Shown here: positions 1 to 9,098 of the stretch, piece after piece
How the letters are laid out: each line of letters begins with the position of its first letter
Numbering within the stretch: the stretch's first letter is position 1
Origin: Oligoflexales bacterium
GTDB taxonomy: Bacteria > Bdellovibrionota_B > Oligoflexia > Oligoflexales > RGVZ01
Direction: 5' to 3'
NCBI GenBank assembly: GCA_044236265.1
Contig: JBIIGV010000048.1
Location: 1-20,813 of the forward strand
DNA: 20,813 nt
Notes under the pieces: generated by a model
The model's database searches: none
What the model was told of the DNA's origin: nothing
Seen by the model: only the letters and a program-made list of their open reading frames with translations
Translations under genes and position numbers: made by a program

Positions 1-491
1 GTGCAGCGGCTATCGATCAGTTGATGGTTTGGGGAGAGCGTAATCATGTGCCGGTGATAAAACAACATCAAGGCGCAGATCCGGCAGCTGTTGCTTTTGA
101 TGGTGTGCAGGCTGCCAAAGCGCGCGGTATGGACGTCTTGATTATCGATACCGCTGGTCGTCTTCATAATAAAAATGAGTTGATGGCAGAACTATCCAAA
201 ATCAACAAATCCATAGGTAAAGGACTAACGCAAGCGCCTCACGAAACATGGATTGTCGTGGATGCGACAACCGGGCAAAATGCGGTTCAACAAGTCAAGG
301 CATTCAGTGAGGTGACGCAGGTGACTGGTATTGTGGTAACTAAACTGGACGGAACCGCCAAAGGTGGAGTGATCATTGGAATCGCCGATCAGTTTAAAAT
401 ACCCATTCGTTATATTGGAGTCGGTGAAAAAGCCGCTGACCTGCGCGCTTTCGAGAGTTCCGAATTTATGCGAGGACTGCTCGGGACCTGA
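1..491 (+). CDS. ftsY: Signal recognition particle receptor FtsY, C-terminal part (5' truncated by the window)
   Basis: Frame is open from position 3 (AAAIDQL...). SRP GTPase motifs ADPAAVAFD, DTAGRLH, DATTGQNA, TKLDGTAKGG and YIGVGE are present. The protein ends right after the G domain with no M domain, so it is FtsY rather than Ffh. Confidence 0.97.
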   Translation, partial: AAAIDQLMVWGERNHVPVIKQHQGADPAAVAFDGVQAAKARGMDVLIIDTAGRLHNKNELMAELSKINKSIGKGLTQAPHETWIVVDATTGQNAVQQVKAFSEVTQVTGIVVTKLDGTAKGGVIIGIADQFKIPIRYIGVGEKAADLRAFESSEFMRGLLGT

Positions 492-676
492 TATTTTGAA
501 TTATCAGCTGGCCAAAGTACCTCGTAGGCAGTTCATCTTTAATTCCCGGGGCGAAGGCCATCGGGACATCGATAAAATCCAATGGTTTTAATCCCTTGCA
601 CTCCTGACGTTCGCTGTCGTTTGAAATTTAAAGTAGTTGATGACGCTACCCGACCCTGAGAAATGAGGGAGAGGGT

Positions 677-2347
677 ATGCGTCTAGCCTTAATATCAATT
701 TTGGTTTTATCCAGGTGCGGACTTGGCGCCCTCAGTCAAAATCACGCGCAGTCGCGCATCTCAGGGGCAGAAAAAATAACGTCTCTATCGGATGCGGGGA
801 CGAGCGAGGACGAGTGCCAGTTTACGGTTGATCCTGCTGCCGGTGCTCTTCAAGAGGCAACCTGCACGAAAAGTGATGCAAGCATTTTAATTCCTGCGGG
901 TGCATTGGCGATTCCAGCCACCGTGGCAGTGTCACAACAAGGTGACATCTATGCGGCGTTAGCATCGTCAGGCGTCTCCTTTCTTCCAGCTGGGTCTGCT
1001 GTTTCGGTGACAGCAGGAGAGAACTCCCAGCTGTCGTCTCCTATGACCATTACACTTCCCGTTAGTGGTGGTACTGGGTTAGCGAGCTTTGAAAACTTTT
1101 GGGCCTTGGATGAGCGGGCTGAGGGTGATTATAGCGTTGTTCATAAGTGTTTTGGTCGCAAGTGTGAAAGTGACGCGCCCGAAATTTTAACTGATGTCAG
1201 GGGCAGCATCCGAAACGGAAAGTTCTCGTTTAAAACGAATCGTTTGGGTGTGTTCCAATTGATGCTTCCCGCGAAGACTGAGGATCTTTTACCGCCACAA
1301 GTGAAACCAGAAAGCGGGGAATTTGATCTTCCCGTCAAAGCAGTCATCAATGTGGTTGATGGTGTGAGTTATCGCTACACGGTGGGAAGCAAAGAACGCG
1401 CAAACTGCAAGGATAGCAAGGAATTTACCGACTTCATGGAGGTGCTCTCAAATGGTGCCATCAGTTATCTGAACGTGGTGGCTTGTCGCGGAAGTCAGCA
1501 GTCCGAGCCTACGCGTATGAAGTACCGCATTAAACCTCCGGCCCAAAAACTAATGGTCTGCGGCGGTCCGAAGACTGGCAGCTGCTACGCCGTGGCGGAA
1601 AAAAAGCTGAACATGGAGGCTATGATTGAGGAAACAAATTTTATTGTTCATTTAGCTAATTTGGGATCTTGCGCAGATGGTTCCGTGGACTGTTTGATTT
1701 GGAGAGAGGGTCCCGCAGCTAAGCCTGGGAACAGGATTTTGAACGCCCGTGGTCAATGGAGTAGTGATCGGTCGTTGGTATGGCAGAAAAAACTTTTTCC
1801 TGGTGGACATGTAATGAGTGACCTGGATTTCTTGGTCGAAAATAGAGTGAGTCCAATCGTTGGTCGAGTCTGTCCGCCAGCCGTATATGTAGCTAAAACT
1901 CTAGCGAACACCTGCCTTTACTATGATGTCGGAAATGGAGAGCAACCATTAAACGCAGGGACCAATGTAAGATTAAATATACCCGGGATCGATTATTTAA
2001 CAAGCTGGACGAGCCTCCTGGTGAAGGCACCGATGTGGTTCCATGGAAATATCAAGGTTTGTGGTTCCAAAGGCATGCGACTTCCGACATTATTTGAAAC
2101 TACTGCTGAGGCACGTCTGACTGAGGGCCCGGCGGAGCCCAAAGATCTCACAATGGGCGGAAGACTAGGAGTGCCACCCATTTCTAGTAGCGCGCCTGGG
2201 GCATCCACGTGGACGTGGACAGCAACTGGTGTCAGTTCGGTGGATACCCCGGGCTATTTTTATGGAGTTTGGGGGACCGCTGGGGCTTCTCAGCTGGAGT
2301 TTTCTGATTCTGCCAATGTCAGGTGTGTTCTGCCATCGAGTCAGTAA
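677..2347 (+). CDS. Secreted or lipid-anchored multidomain hypothetical protein (ZU5-like region, chitobiase/Fn3-associated-like domain, C-terminal DUF1566/C-type-lectin-like domain)
   Basis: 556-aa ORF with a purine-rich SD (GGGAGAGGG). Hydrophobic N-terminus ends in a Cys (atypical lipobox LSRC). Motifs: ILIPAGAL...PMTITLP; PPQVKPESGEF...YRYTVGS; C-terminal CGSKGMRLPT...WT...VRCV. Domain calls are by eye. Confidence 0.75.
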   Translation: MRLALISILVLSRCGLGALSQNHAQSRISGAEKITSLSDAGTSEDECQFTVDPAAGALQEATCTKSDASILIPAGALAIPATVAVSQQGDIYAALASSGVSFLPAGSAVSVTAGENSQLSSPMTITLPVSGGTGLASFENFWALDERAEGDYSVVHKCFGRKCESDAPEILTDVRGSIRNGKFSFKTNRLGVFQLMLPAKTEDLLPPQVKPESGEFDLPVKAVINVVDGVSYRYTVGSKERANCKDSKEFTDFMEVLSNGAISYLNVVACRGSQQSEPTRMKYRIKPPAQKLMVCGGPKTGSCYAVAEKKLNMEAMIEETNFIVHLANLGSCADGSVDCLIWREGPAAKPGNRILNARGQWSSDRSLVWQKKLFPGGHVMSDLDFLVENRVSPIVGRVCPPAVYVAKTLANTCLYYDVGNGEQPLNAGTNVRLNIPGIDYLTSWTSLLVKAPMWFHGNIKVCGSKGMRLPTLFETTAEARLTEGPAEPKDLTMGGRLGVPPISSSAPGASTWTWTATGVSSVDTPGYFYGVWGTAGASQLEFSDSANVRCVLPSSQ

Positions 2348-2362
2348 CGATGCTTAATTGAA

Positions 2363-3319
2363 TTATTCAGTCGGCCGCTTAACGACCGTTCCACTTTGTG
2401 TGATCGGTAGCATCAAACTGTGTGTTTCTGTGAAAAATCCCGTGAGTTTTGGGTAGCGAATTCGCATTTGATAAGCCCAAAAAAGCTGTCGTCTTGGATG
2501 CCGATGGTTTGCAAGGAGATCCAAAACCTGCAGTTCCTCTTCCGATAAATCCAGTTGCTCACGACGTTCAAGAGCATGCTGGGCGGCCTCGCGAACCTTT
2601 TGGTCCAGCTCATGCTGCTTTTGACGCTGTCCGAATAGATCAAGCTTTTGATGCTCATGCTCATATTGCTCGACGTAGTGATCCCAGTTAGATGCAAGCA
2701 ATGATAGAGTTGGAATTCGATGATCAAAGTGGCGAATCATGACCAGAATTTGGTCGACGGGGTGCGCGGCGCCCAATGCTTCTGCGACCTGTTTATTAAT
2801 TTTTCGTTCATGCTCATCCAGCTCTCGACCACGGGAGAACGCATCGATAATGCGCTGAGTGGTGTCCTCGTCTGAGTGTGCCTTGTGAATTACAGGTTTA
2901 TCACTGTGGTCTTCATGTCGTTTTCCTTCCACCACGGAGAGCTTTGGAAATCCTCGACGGAATGGAAGAATCACAGCTTCGTGATGGGTGGGTACTTCTT
3001 TGAGTCCAAGCTTCCAGCGACTAAGATCCCACTGAATGCCTAAACTAAGACTTTGAAATTTTGGCGCTTGAGATCCATCACCATACCTGGATTTGATAAT
3101 ATTGCGAGCCTCTAGCTCTTCAATCGCCTGACGGACCTCACGGGGGCTGTGTCCAATGATGGAGCTTAGTTCGTTTTCCGTGGTGATTAAATTCTCAAGA
3201 CCCGTCATGGCAGCGTTTAGTAAATACATGACGACTGAGTATTCACAGGAGTTCATGCGTGACACGGCCAGAACTTTAAGTCCTGACTCGCGTAAAAATC
3301 TTTGGATATTGGTGTTCAT
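2363..3319 (-). CDS. Winged-helix protein with a phage replication protein O-like N-terminus and a possible DnaD-like second domain
   Basis: Long ORF (start 3319, 3331 or 3334). HTH-like TENELSSIIGHSPREVRQAIEELEARNII is followed by LGIQWDLSRWK. Coding status is solid; function is inferred. Confidence 0.65.
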   Translation of the reverse strand: MNTNIQRFLRESGLKVLAVSRMNSCEYSVVMYLLNAAMTGLENLITTENELSSIIGHSPREVRQAIEELEARNIIKSRYGDGSQAPKFQSLSLGIQWDLSRWKLGLKEVPTHHEAVILPFRRGFPKLSVVEGKRHEDHSDKPVIHKAHSDEDTTQRIIDAFSRGRELDEHERKINKQVAEALGAAHPVDQILVMIRHFDHRIPTLSLLASNWDHYVEQYEHEHQKLDLFGQRQKQHELDQKVREAAQHALERREQLDLSEEELQVLDLLANHRHPRRQLFWAYQMRIRYPKLTGFFTETHSLMLPITQSGTVVKRPTE

Positions 3320-3506
3320 ATAAATTTCCATCACTTACAGCTGAGTCTGAGAGTATTCCGCAGACTTTCATTTATGATACCATGGGCTTCGGCTCGAGGG
3401 TGTCGTAAAGGTCCAAGTGTCCAAAAATTAAAATCATTAGATCGTTATTTCGGAAAACTCCATTTGGTGGGGAAAGCTGAAAACGTAAGGCTCAATGGGG
3501 AAATCT

Positions 3507-4358
3507 ATGAGTGGGATAAAGGATGTTTCGGACACAGCTCTATGGGTGGCAGTCCATAGAGCTTGCGAGGGGACGCGTCCAGACGCGCTTTATAAAGATC
3601 CACTGTCACTGAAATTGGCCGGTCCACGCGGCGAGCAAATCGCAAAGAAAATGGCCGGAGGCGATTTTATGTCTTGGATGATGGCCATGCGAACTGTGGC
3701 TATCGATAACATGATAATCAGTGCCGTTAACAGTGGTATCACCAGAATTGTAAATCTCGGCGCTGGTCTTGATACACGTCCGTATCGTCTAAAACTGTCG
3801 GTGCAAGTCTCGTGGTTGGAGGTCGATTTTCCTGGTCTTATCGATCATAAAAATAACCTTCTAAAATCCGAGATGCCGCTACTACCGTTGACACGTGTGG
3901 GAGTCAATTTGACAGATCTTAATGAAAGACAAAGATTTTTTGACGAACTCAACGCAACAAATGAGCCAACTCTGATTTTGACAGAAGGTGTACTTCCTTA
4001 TTTGTCTAACCCTGATGTGGAGAGTTTAGCTAAAAGCTTACATCAATTATCGTGCGTAAAATATTGGGTCCACGACTACCGGCAAGGTGGATACGCCTCG
4101 GGGATTCCAAAACTTTGGATCATGTGGCGGATGCGCCATGCTCAGATGGTTTTCAAGGTTGAAAACTGGTTTCAGTATTTTGCAGGTCTCGGCTGGAAGG
4201 TCAAAGAGAGCACAACCCTCAAAGAAGAGTCTGATCGGTGCGGTCGCTCCATCGGAAGACCAGACTGGTTTGGGCTCTTCAGTTTCATCATTCCGCCTGA
4301 ACGCATGGATGCCTATAGCCGCCAACTAGGGGTTGTTATGTTGGAGAAGGCGACTTAA
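3507..4358 (+). CDS. Class I SAM-dependent methyltransferase (leucine carboxyl methyltransferase-like family)
   Basis: N-terminal VSDTALWVAVHRA...RPDALYKDP, SAM motif NLGAGLDTRPYR, plus EVDFP and LILTEGVLPYL. ATG at 3507 is preceded by GGGGAA; alternative start at 3495. The stop overlaps the convergent gene's stop (TTAA). Confidence 0.9.
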   Translation: MSGIKDVSDTALWVAVHRACEGTRPDALYKDPLSLKLAGPRGEQIAKKMAGGDFMSWMMAMRTVAIDNMIISAVNSGITRIVNLGAGLDTRPYRLKLSVQVSWLEVDFPGLIDHKNNLLKSEMPLLPLTRVGVNLTDLNERQRFFDELNATNEPTLILTEGVLPYLSNPDVESLAKSLHQLSCVKYWVHDYRQGGYASGIPKLWIMWRMRHAQMVFKVENWFQYFAGLGWKVKESTTLKEESDRCGRSIGRPDWFGLFSFIIPPERMDAYSRQLGVVMLEKAT

Positions 4359-6391
4359 GTGTTAGTCCATTCTCCGAGAGTTTGACCGGCCATCACTTGG
4401 TCACCCACCTTAACGAGAATATGCCCAACGGTTCCAGATTTTGAGGACTTGACCTCAAACTGCATCTTCATGCTTTCCAGTACAAATAAAACTTGTCCAG
4501 GCTCAATGGTTTGCCCGTTGCTGGCTAGCACTTGCACAATCTTCCCAGGCACGGGGGCGGACATGCCATCACCCTGAGTGCCAGCGCCTCCTGATCCTCC
4601 AGATGATGCGCGTTCATCCACGCGAACCCAGTTGTGTCCATGTAATCCAATCCAATACTCAGTTCGATTTGGTGCTTGATGGACAACGAAATTGAATGCC
4701 TTCGACAACTTTTGGCCTGACTCGTAACGTCCAAATCCGTACCGACTGATGGATCGTGGTTCCTTAGGGCTCCACGCTAAGTATTTCGCCGTTACTTGGG
4801 TTGAAATAGATTCATGGCCTGCTGGTCTCTGCGCTGCCTGGGCAAACGCCGAGGCGGTCACGTTGATGTGGGACGGATATCCGAGAGCCGTGTGTGCGGT
4901 GCTATCAGGAATCAAAACGCGACGCCCCTCCAGAGCTAGCATCAGACTCTCCTGATCGATAGCCAATGAATTCCGCGCAGATGTCTCCCAGCTGAGAGCG
5001 TCTTCTACGTGGCTGCCAATAAAATGGGTGTTGCTCGGACGCTCAACAATCTCTGGGTGTCTGGTCAGCCAAATCAGGAACGGAATGTTATTTCGCGGAC
5101 CAGCGAAGAGGGTCCTTTCCAGTGTCTGAGCCACGAGTTCAAGAGCCTGCTTCCGGTCCCCCGCTGAGCAAACAAGCTTGGCAATCATGGGGTCAAAACC
5201 CGTCGTAATTTCGTCGACGGTATCCAGTCCAATCTCCCAGCGAATACCGCGACCAGATGCTGGAGCAAATGCTCTCACGGGTCCGGGTGCCGGGAAAAAA
5301 TTGGTGCCAGGATCTTCAGCATAAATCCTGACTTCAACTGAGTGACCGCGCGGCTTCATGTTTTTGAATTCTTGAGGTAACTCCTCACCCCTGGCCACCC
5401 TGATTTGCCACTCTACCAAGTCCACGTTAAACACATCCTCCGTTACGGTGTGTTCAACTTGAAGTCTGGTGTTCATTTCAAGGAAGTAAAAAGTCACATG
5501 ATGCCGATTCGTCTCATCAACAAGAAATTCAACTGTACCAGCATTGTCGTAGCCAACGCCTAACGCTAAGCCTTTTGCTGCCGCATGCATCGCATCGCGT
5601 ACCTCGGGCGGAAGATTTGGTGCTGGAGCTTCTTCAAGAATCTTCTGGTGGCGACGTTGCAGGGAGCAGTCGCGGTCGCCAAAAATACAAACATTACCAT
5701 GCTTATCCGCCATAACTTGCACTTCGACATGGCGTGGAGCAGGTAAGTATTTTTCAACGATCAAAGAGCCGTTACCGAATGAGCTCACCGCTTCTGCGGC
5801 GGCACGTCGGGCATTATCGGCCAGTTCTGATTGTTTATTTACAACTCGCATGCCCTTGCCGCCGCCGCCATAGGCCGCTTTGATCAATAATGGAAATCCA
5901 GTTTTTTCAGCGAAGGACTCAAGCTGGCGGATTGCTGCCGTCTCGCCTTGAGTCAGGTCAAGACCATTCAGTCCAGGAAGGCAGGGGACATTAGCCTTTT
6001 CTGCATGTCCTCTCGCTGTGGCTTTACTTGCCATGGCGTCAATGGCACCTGGCCGTGGGCCAATCCAAGTCAGCCCTGCTTTGCCGACAACCTCGGCAAA
6101 GCCCGCATTTTCCGAGAGAAATCCAAAACCGGGGTGTACCGCATCGGCACCACTAGCTTTTGCATATTCAACCATGAGCGCGGGATTAAGATAGGTTTGA
6201 GTGGTCTCCTCTTTGACGTGAACAAATTGTGTTACAACGTCAGCAAGATATGCAGGCGGCACCTGGCGATCCGTGATTGCAACCGTTTCAATCCCCATTT
6301 TTTTTGCGGTTGTTGCGATGCGACGGGCGATTTCCCCGCGGTTGGCAATAAATATTTTTTTGATCCGAGAGTGGCTGTGAGATGCATTCAT
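4355..6391 (-). CDS. liuD: Biotin-dependent acyl-CoA carboxylase alpha subunit (biotin carboxylase plus BCCP), methylcrotonyl/geranyl-CoA carboxylase type
   Basis: Motifs IANRGEIA, HPGFGFLSEN, KAAYGGGGKGMR, RDCSLQRRHQK and EMNTRLQVEH; biotinylation motif ESMKM; GGAG SD. The symbol rests on operon context; substrate is not certain. Confidence 0.88.
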   Translation of the reverse strand: MNASHSHSRIKKIFIANRGEIARRIATTAKKMGIETVAITDRQVPPAYLADVVTQFVHVKEETTQTYLNPALMVEYAKASGADAVHPGFGFLSENAGFAEVVGKAGLTWIGPRPGAIDAMASKATARGHAEKANVPCLPGLNGLDLTQGETAAIRQLESFAEKTGFPLLIKAAYGGGGKGMRVVNKQSELADNARRAAAEAVSSFGNGSLIVEKYLPAPRHVEVQVMADKHGNVCIFGDRDCSLQRRHQKILEEAPAPNLPPEVRDAMHAAAKGLALGVGYDNAGTVEFLVDETNRHHVTFYFLEMNTRLQVEHTVTEDVFNVDLVEWQIRVARGEELPQEFKNMKPRGHSVEVRIYAEDPGTNFFPAPGPVRAFAPASGRGIRWEIGLDTVDEITTGFDPMIAKLVCSAGDRKQALELVAQTLERTLFAGPRNNIPFLIWLTRHPEIVERPSNTHFIGSHVEDALSWETSARNSLAIDQESLMLALEGRRVLIPDSTAHTALGYPSHINVTASAFAQAAQRPAGHESISTQVTAKYLAWSPKEPRSISRYGFGRYESGQKLSKAFNFVVHQAPNRTEYWIGLHGHNWVRVDERASSGGSGGAGTQGDGMSAPVPGKIVQVLASNGQTIEPGQVLFVLESMKMQFEVKSSKSGTVGHILVKVGDQVMAGQTLGEWTNT

Positions 6392-6404
6392 TGTGGAGCA
6401 ACCC

Positions 6405-7229
6405 TTATAACTTTTCCTGAATGTCAGCGTGTTTTACACTCCGCACCCATGGAGCTGTAGACTTAGAAAAAAATGATCGCAGGCCCTCTTGCCCCTCTCG
6501 CCCTGTTCGAGCCTTGGCAATTGCCTGAACCGTTTCGTCACATTGAGCAAAACTTTTGGCGCGCAGGCTTTCAAAGAGGCGATTGATGGCTTTTTGAGCC
6601 TCCGGACCACAACCGAGTAGCGATTTGACCTCATCGTATACCGCGTCATCCAATTCTGATGTCACGATTTCTATAAGACCAAATTGTTTTGCGTCGTTCA
6701 CATCAAAAGCGCGGCTTGTCAATGCCATGCGACGAAGTTGTCCAGGGTTCATTTTGCGCATCAAATATGGCGCAATCACGGCTGGTAGTAGCCCTAGCTT
6801 CGCCTCGCTTAGACAAAATTTCGAATTTTCATCGGCGATCGCAAAATCGCAGCATGCGACTAAACCAACCGCTCCGCCGTAAACTGCGCCACGAATCACA
6901 GCAACTTTAGGGGCATCAATCGCAATAATTGACTCGAACATCTTGCGAAGCTTGGTCGCGTCTTCAATGTTTTGCTCGTAAGTCAGGTCTGCGGCCTGCT
7001 TCATCCATGCCAAGTCGGCGCCTGCCGAAAAATGCTTTCCGGCGCCGGAAATGATGACCGTTCGGATGTCTGTCATGGTGCTCAACGCCGTCGCGTGTCG
7101 CGTGATCTCATCCATCATTTGTGCGGAGAAGGCGTTCGCCTGCTCTGGTCTATTTAGGGTGAGGTGAGCGATGCGACCATCTTTTTCAAGATTGGTGAAC
7201 GAAAGCACTGTTTGATCAGATTGCGACAT
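6405..7229 (-). CDS. liuC: Enoyl-CoA hydratase family protein, methylglutaconyl-CoA hydratase-like (LiuC/AtuE type)
   Basis: Motifs LNRPEQANAF, FSAGADLAWM, GGAVGLVACCD, SEAKLGLLPAVIAPY and EGQEGLRSF; lies between the carboxylase subunit genes. Confidence 0.85.
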   Translation of the reverse strand: MSQSDQTVLSFTNLEKDGRIAHLTLNRPEQANAFSAQMMDEITRHATALSTMTDIRTVIISGAGKHFSAGADLAWMKQAADLTYEQNIEDATKLRKMFESIIAIDAPKVAVIRGAVYGGAVGLVACCDFAIADENSKFCLSEAKLGLLPAVIAPYLMRKMNPGQLRRMALTSRAFDVNDAKQFGLIEIVTSELDDAVYDEVKSLLGCGPEAQKAINRLFESLRAKSFAQCDETVQAIAKARTGREGQEGLRSFFSKSTAPWVRSVKHADIQEKL

Positions 7230-7232
7230 CGT

Positions 7233-9059
7233 TTACGCCCTTTGATGATTGCGAACATCTTCAAGGACATCGTTTGGAACAGGCGCCATCTGTCTGAGAA
7301 GGGCTTGCGCAAATGTTTTGCCTTGAGCGTCGGTTCTGAGCGTCAACGTTCCGCCTCCACCCAAAGACGCGTCTAAAAGAAAATTATAGCCGTTCATGTT
7401 GTCCAGTTTATAGCGAACGACTGAGCCAAAGCAGATTTCCTGGAAAAGGTCTTTGACGCGTTGAGCGGTCAACCATTGATCAAGCCACGCAAAGGCTTTA
7501 GGACTTCGAGCTAGGATGCCAATATTGGCCATATCACCCTTGTCTCCGGATCGGCCCAATGCGATGGTTGACAGTGGCACAGATGTTGTTCCACAACCTT
7601 CTTTGATGGCTGAGCTGACAGGTTTCGAAGCAGACTTAGCCACCTGCGTCTCCATCGTTGGAGCTTCAAAATTACCTATGACGTCGGCATCCACAAGTCG
7701 CTCCTCTTTGACGCCGCCGTCATACAAAGCCACGCGGGGACGAACAGCTGATTTGGGCATGAGTGCTGGCCAATAGCTAACGACTTCTGTTGGTTTTGGA
7801 GCGCCTCCCAAAACACAAACTCCAGGAGGACCGCTCAGTATCAGTGCGGGAACCATTTTACTGAACTTGCGCAGTTTGGCTTGATCAGAGTCACGGGCAC
7901 CAACGCGCAAAATGATTTCATTACCGTCTTCGCTGTGTCCAAGGCTGCGGTGACAAGCATTCCAACCAAAAAATTCTGTTTCTATTGCAGCGAAGTTTTT
8001 CCCGACCTTGCTCCAAAAAATCTCCGAGAACTGCTCAGCCTTTTTTCGAGCATGGGGTCCAGATATGCAGATGGTTCCAAGGACCTTATATCCATCCTGA
8101 TAAGCCATTGAAACTTTGTAAAGGGGAGTTGGTTCATAGCCTTTTACTCCTGCTACTTTAACGCGATCCTTGCCGTCCGCGGCGAGGCGAATGGAAGCAA
8201 AATCTGCGACGACATCTGGCGTAATGTAGGCTTTAGGATTTCCCATTTCATAGAATAGCTGTTCGCGAACGGTATCAACGGATACCAGGCCGCCTGTTCC
8301 CGGATGTTTTGTGACAACGAATGTGCCGTCATCATTCATTTCAATGATGGGGTAACCCATTTTATTGAAGCTTGGAATGAGGTGCCAATCAGTAAAGTTA
8401 CCGCCTGTGGATTGGCATCCACATTCAATAATATGGCCTGCCACAATCCCAGCAGCAAGCTTGTCCCAGTCTTTGTTGCTCCAGCCAAATTCATGAATCA
8501 TGGCTGCGACAGTGATTCCAGTATCAGTGACGCGACCGGTAACAATGATGTCAGGGTCCCACTTTAAAGCTTCCACAACTGGACCAGCGCCAAAGTATAC
8601 ATTGGCCGCCTCAACTTTGCCGGCAACCGTCGAAAATTCGCGTCCATCTTCCATATTTTTAAAGGCGCAGCCCTTGCCACGTAGATCATCAAGTTGTGTC
8701 AGGATGTCATCGCCATGGACAATAGCAATTTTTGGTTTCAGCCCAAGTTTCGTCGCCAATGACGCAATCGCTTCTGCGCAGGCCACCGGATTGACACCGC
8801 CTGCATTGGTGATAATTTTTGTTTTGTTTTTTAGGAGAGTCGGCAGAACCTCTTCCAGCATTGAGACAAAGTCACGGGCGTAGCCGAGCTTTGGATCGTG
8901 GGAGCGTTGCTTCTGCATGATGGACATCGTGATTTCGGCCAAGAAGTCCATGGAGATATAATCAAGGTGGCCACCGTTAACTTGAAGCGATAAAGCGCCT
9001 GGATCGTCTCCCCAGTATCCTCCTGCGTTACCGATTCTGATTGTTTTCTTTCGCGTCAT
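7233..9059 (-). CDS. atuA: Acyclic terpene utilization AtuA family protein (DUF1446)
   Basis: Motifs IRIGNAGGYWGD, DFLAEITM, TNAGGVNP, TGRVTD, GHIIECG, EQLFYE, YITPDV, RSGDKGD and DAQGK. ATG at 9059 follows a GGGAG SD. Confidence 0.9.
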   Translation of the reverse strand: MTRKKTIRIGNAGGYWGDDPGALSLQVNGGHLDYISMDFLAEITMSIMQKQRSHDPKLGYARDFVSMLEEVLPTLLKNKTKIITNAGGVNPVACAEAIASLATKLGLKPKIAIVHGDDILTQLDDLRGKGCAFKNMEDGREFSTVAGKVEAANVYFGAGPVVEALKWDPDIIVTGRVTDTGITVAAMIHEFGWSNKDWDKLAAGIVAGHIIECGCQSTGGNFTDWHLIPSFNKMGYPIIEMNDDGTFVVTKHPGTGGLVSVDTVREQLFYEMGNPKAYITPDVVADFASIRLAADGKDRVKVAGVKGYEPTPLYKVSMAYQDGYKVLGTICISGPHARKKAEQFSEIFWSKVGKNFAAIETEFFGWNACHRSLGHSEDGNEIILRVGARDSDQAKLRKFSKMVPALILSGPPGVCVLGGAPKPTEVVSYWPALMPKSAVRPRVALYDGGVKEERLVDADVIGNFEAPTMETQVAKSASKPVSSAIKEGCGTTSVPLSTIALGRSGDKGDMANIGILARSPKAFAWLDQWLTAQRVKDLFQEICFGSVVRYKLDNMNGYNFLLDASLGGGGTLTLRTDAQGKTFAQALLRQMAPVPNDVLEDVRNHQRA

Positions 9060-9098
9060 AAAAATAAAAGCTCCCTTAGCTGGTGATTTCACCAGGCC

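Noticed and set aside
376..591. Small ORFs 376-591 and 3302-3559
   Set aside because: They overlap real genes, have weak TTG starts and show no motifs.
2200..2347. DGR variable repeat in cis
   Set aside because: No reverse transcriptase, accessory gene or second copy of this segment was seen in the window.
2363..3334. Prophage or plasmid replicon around the O-like gene
   Set aside because: No integrase, structural or partition genes, no iteron-like repeats spotted in the linker, and housekeeping flanks.
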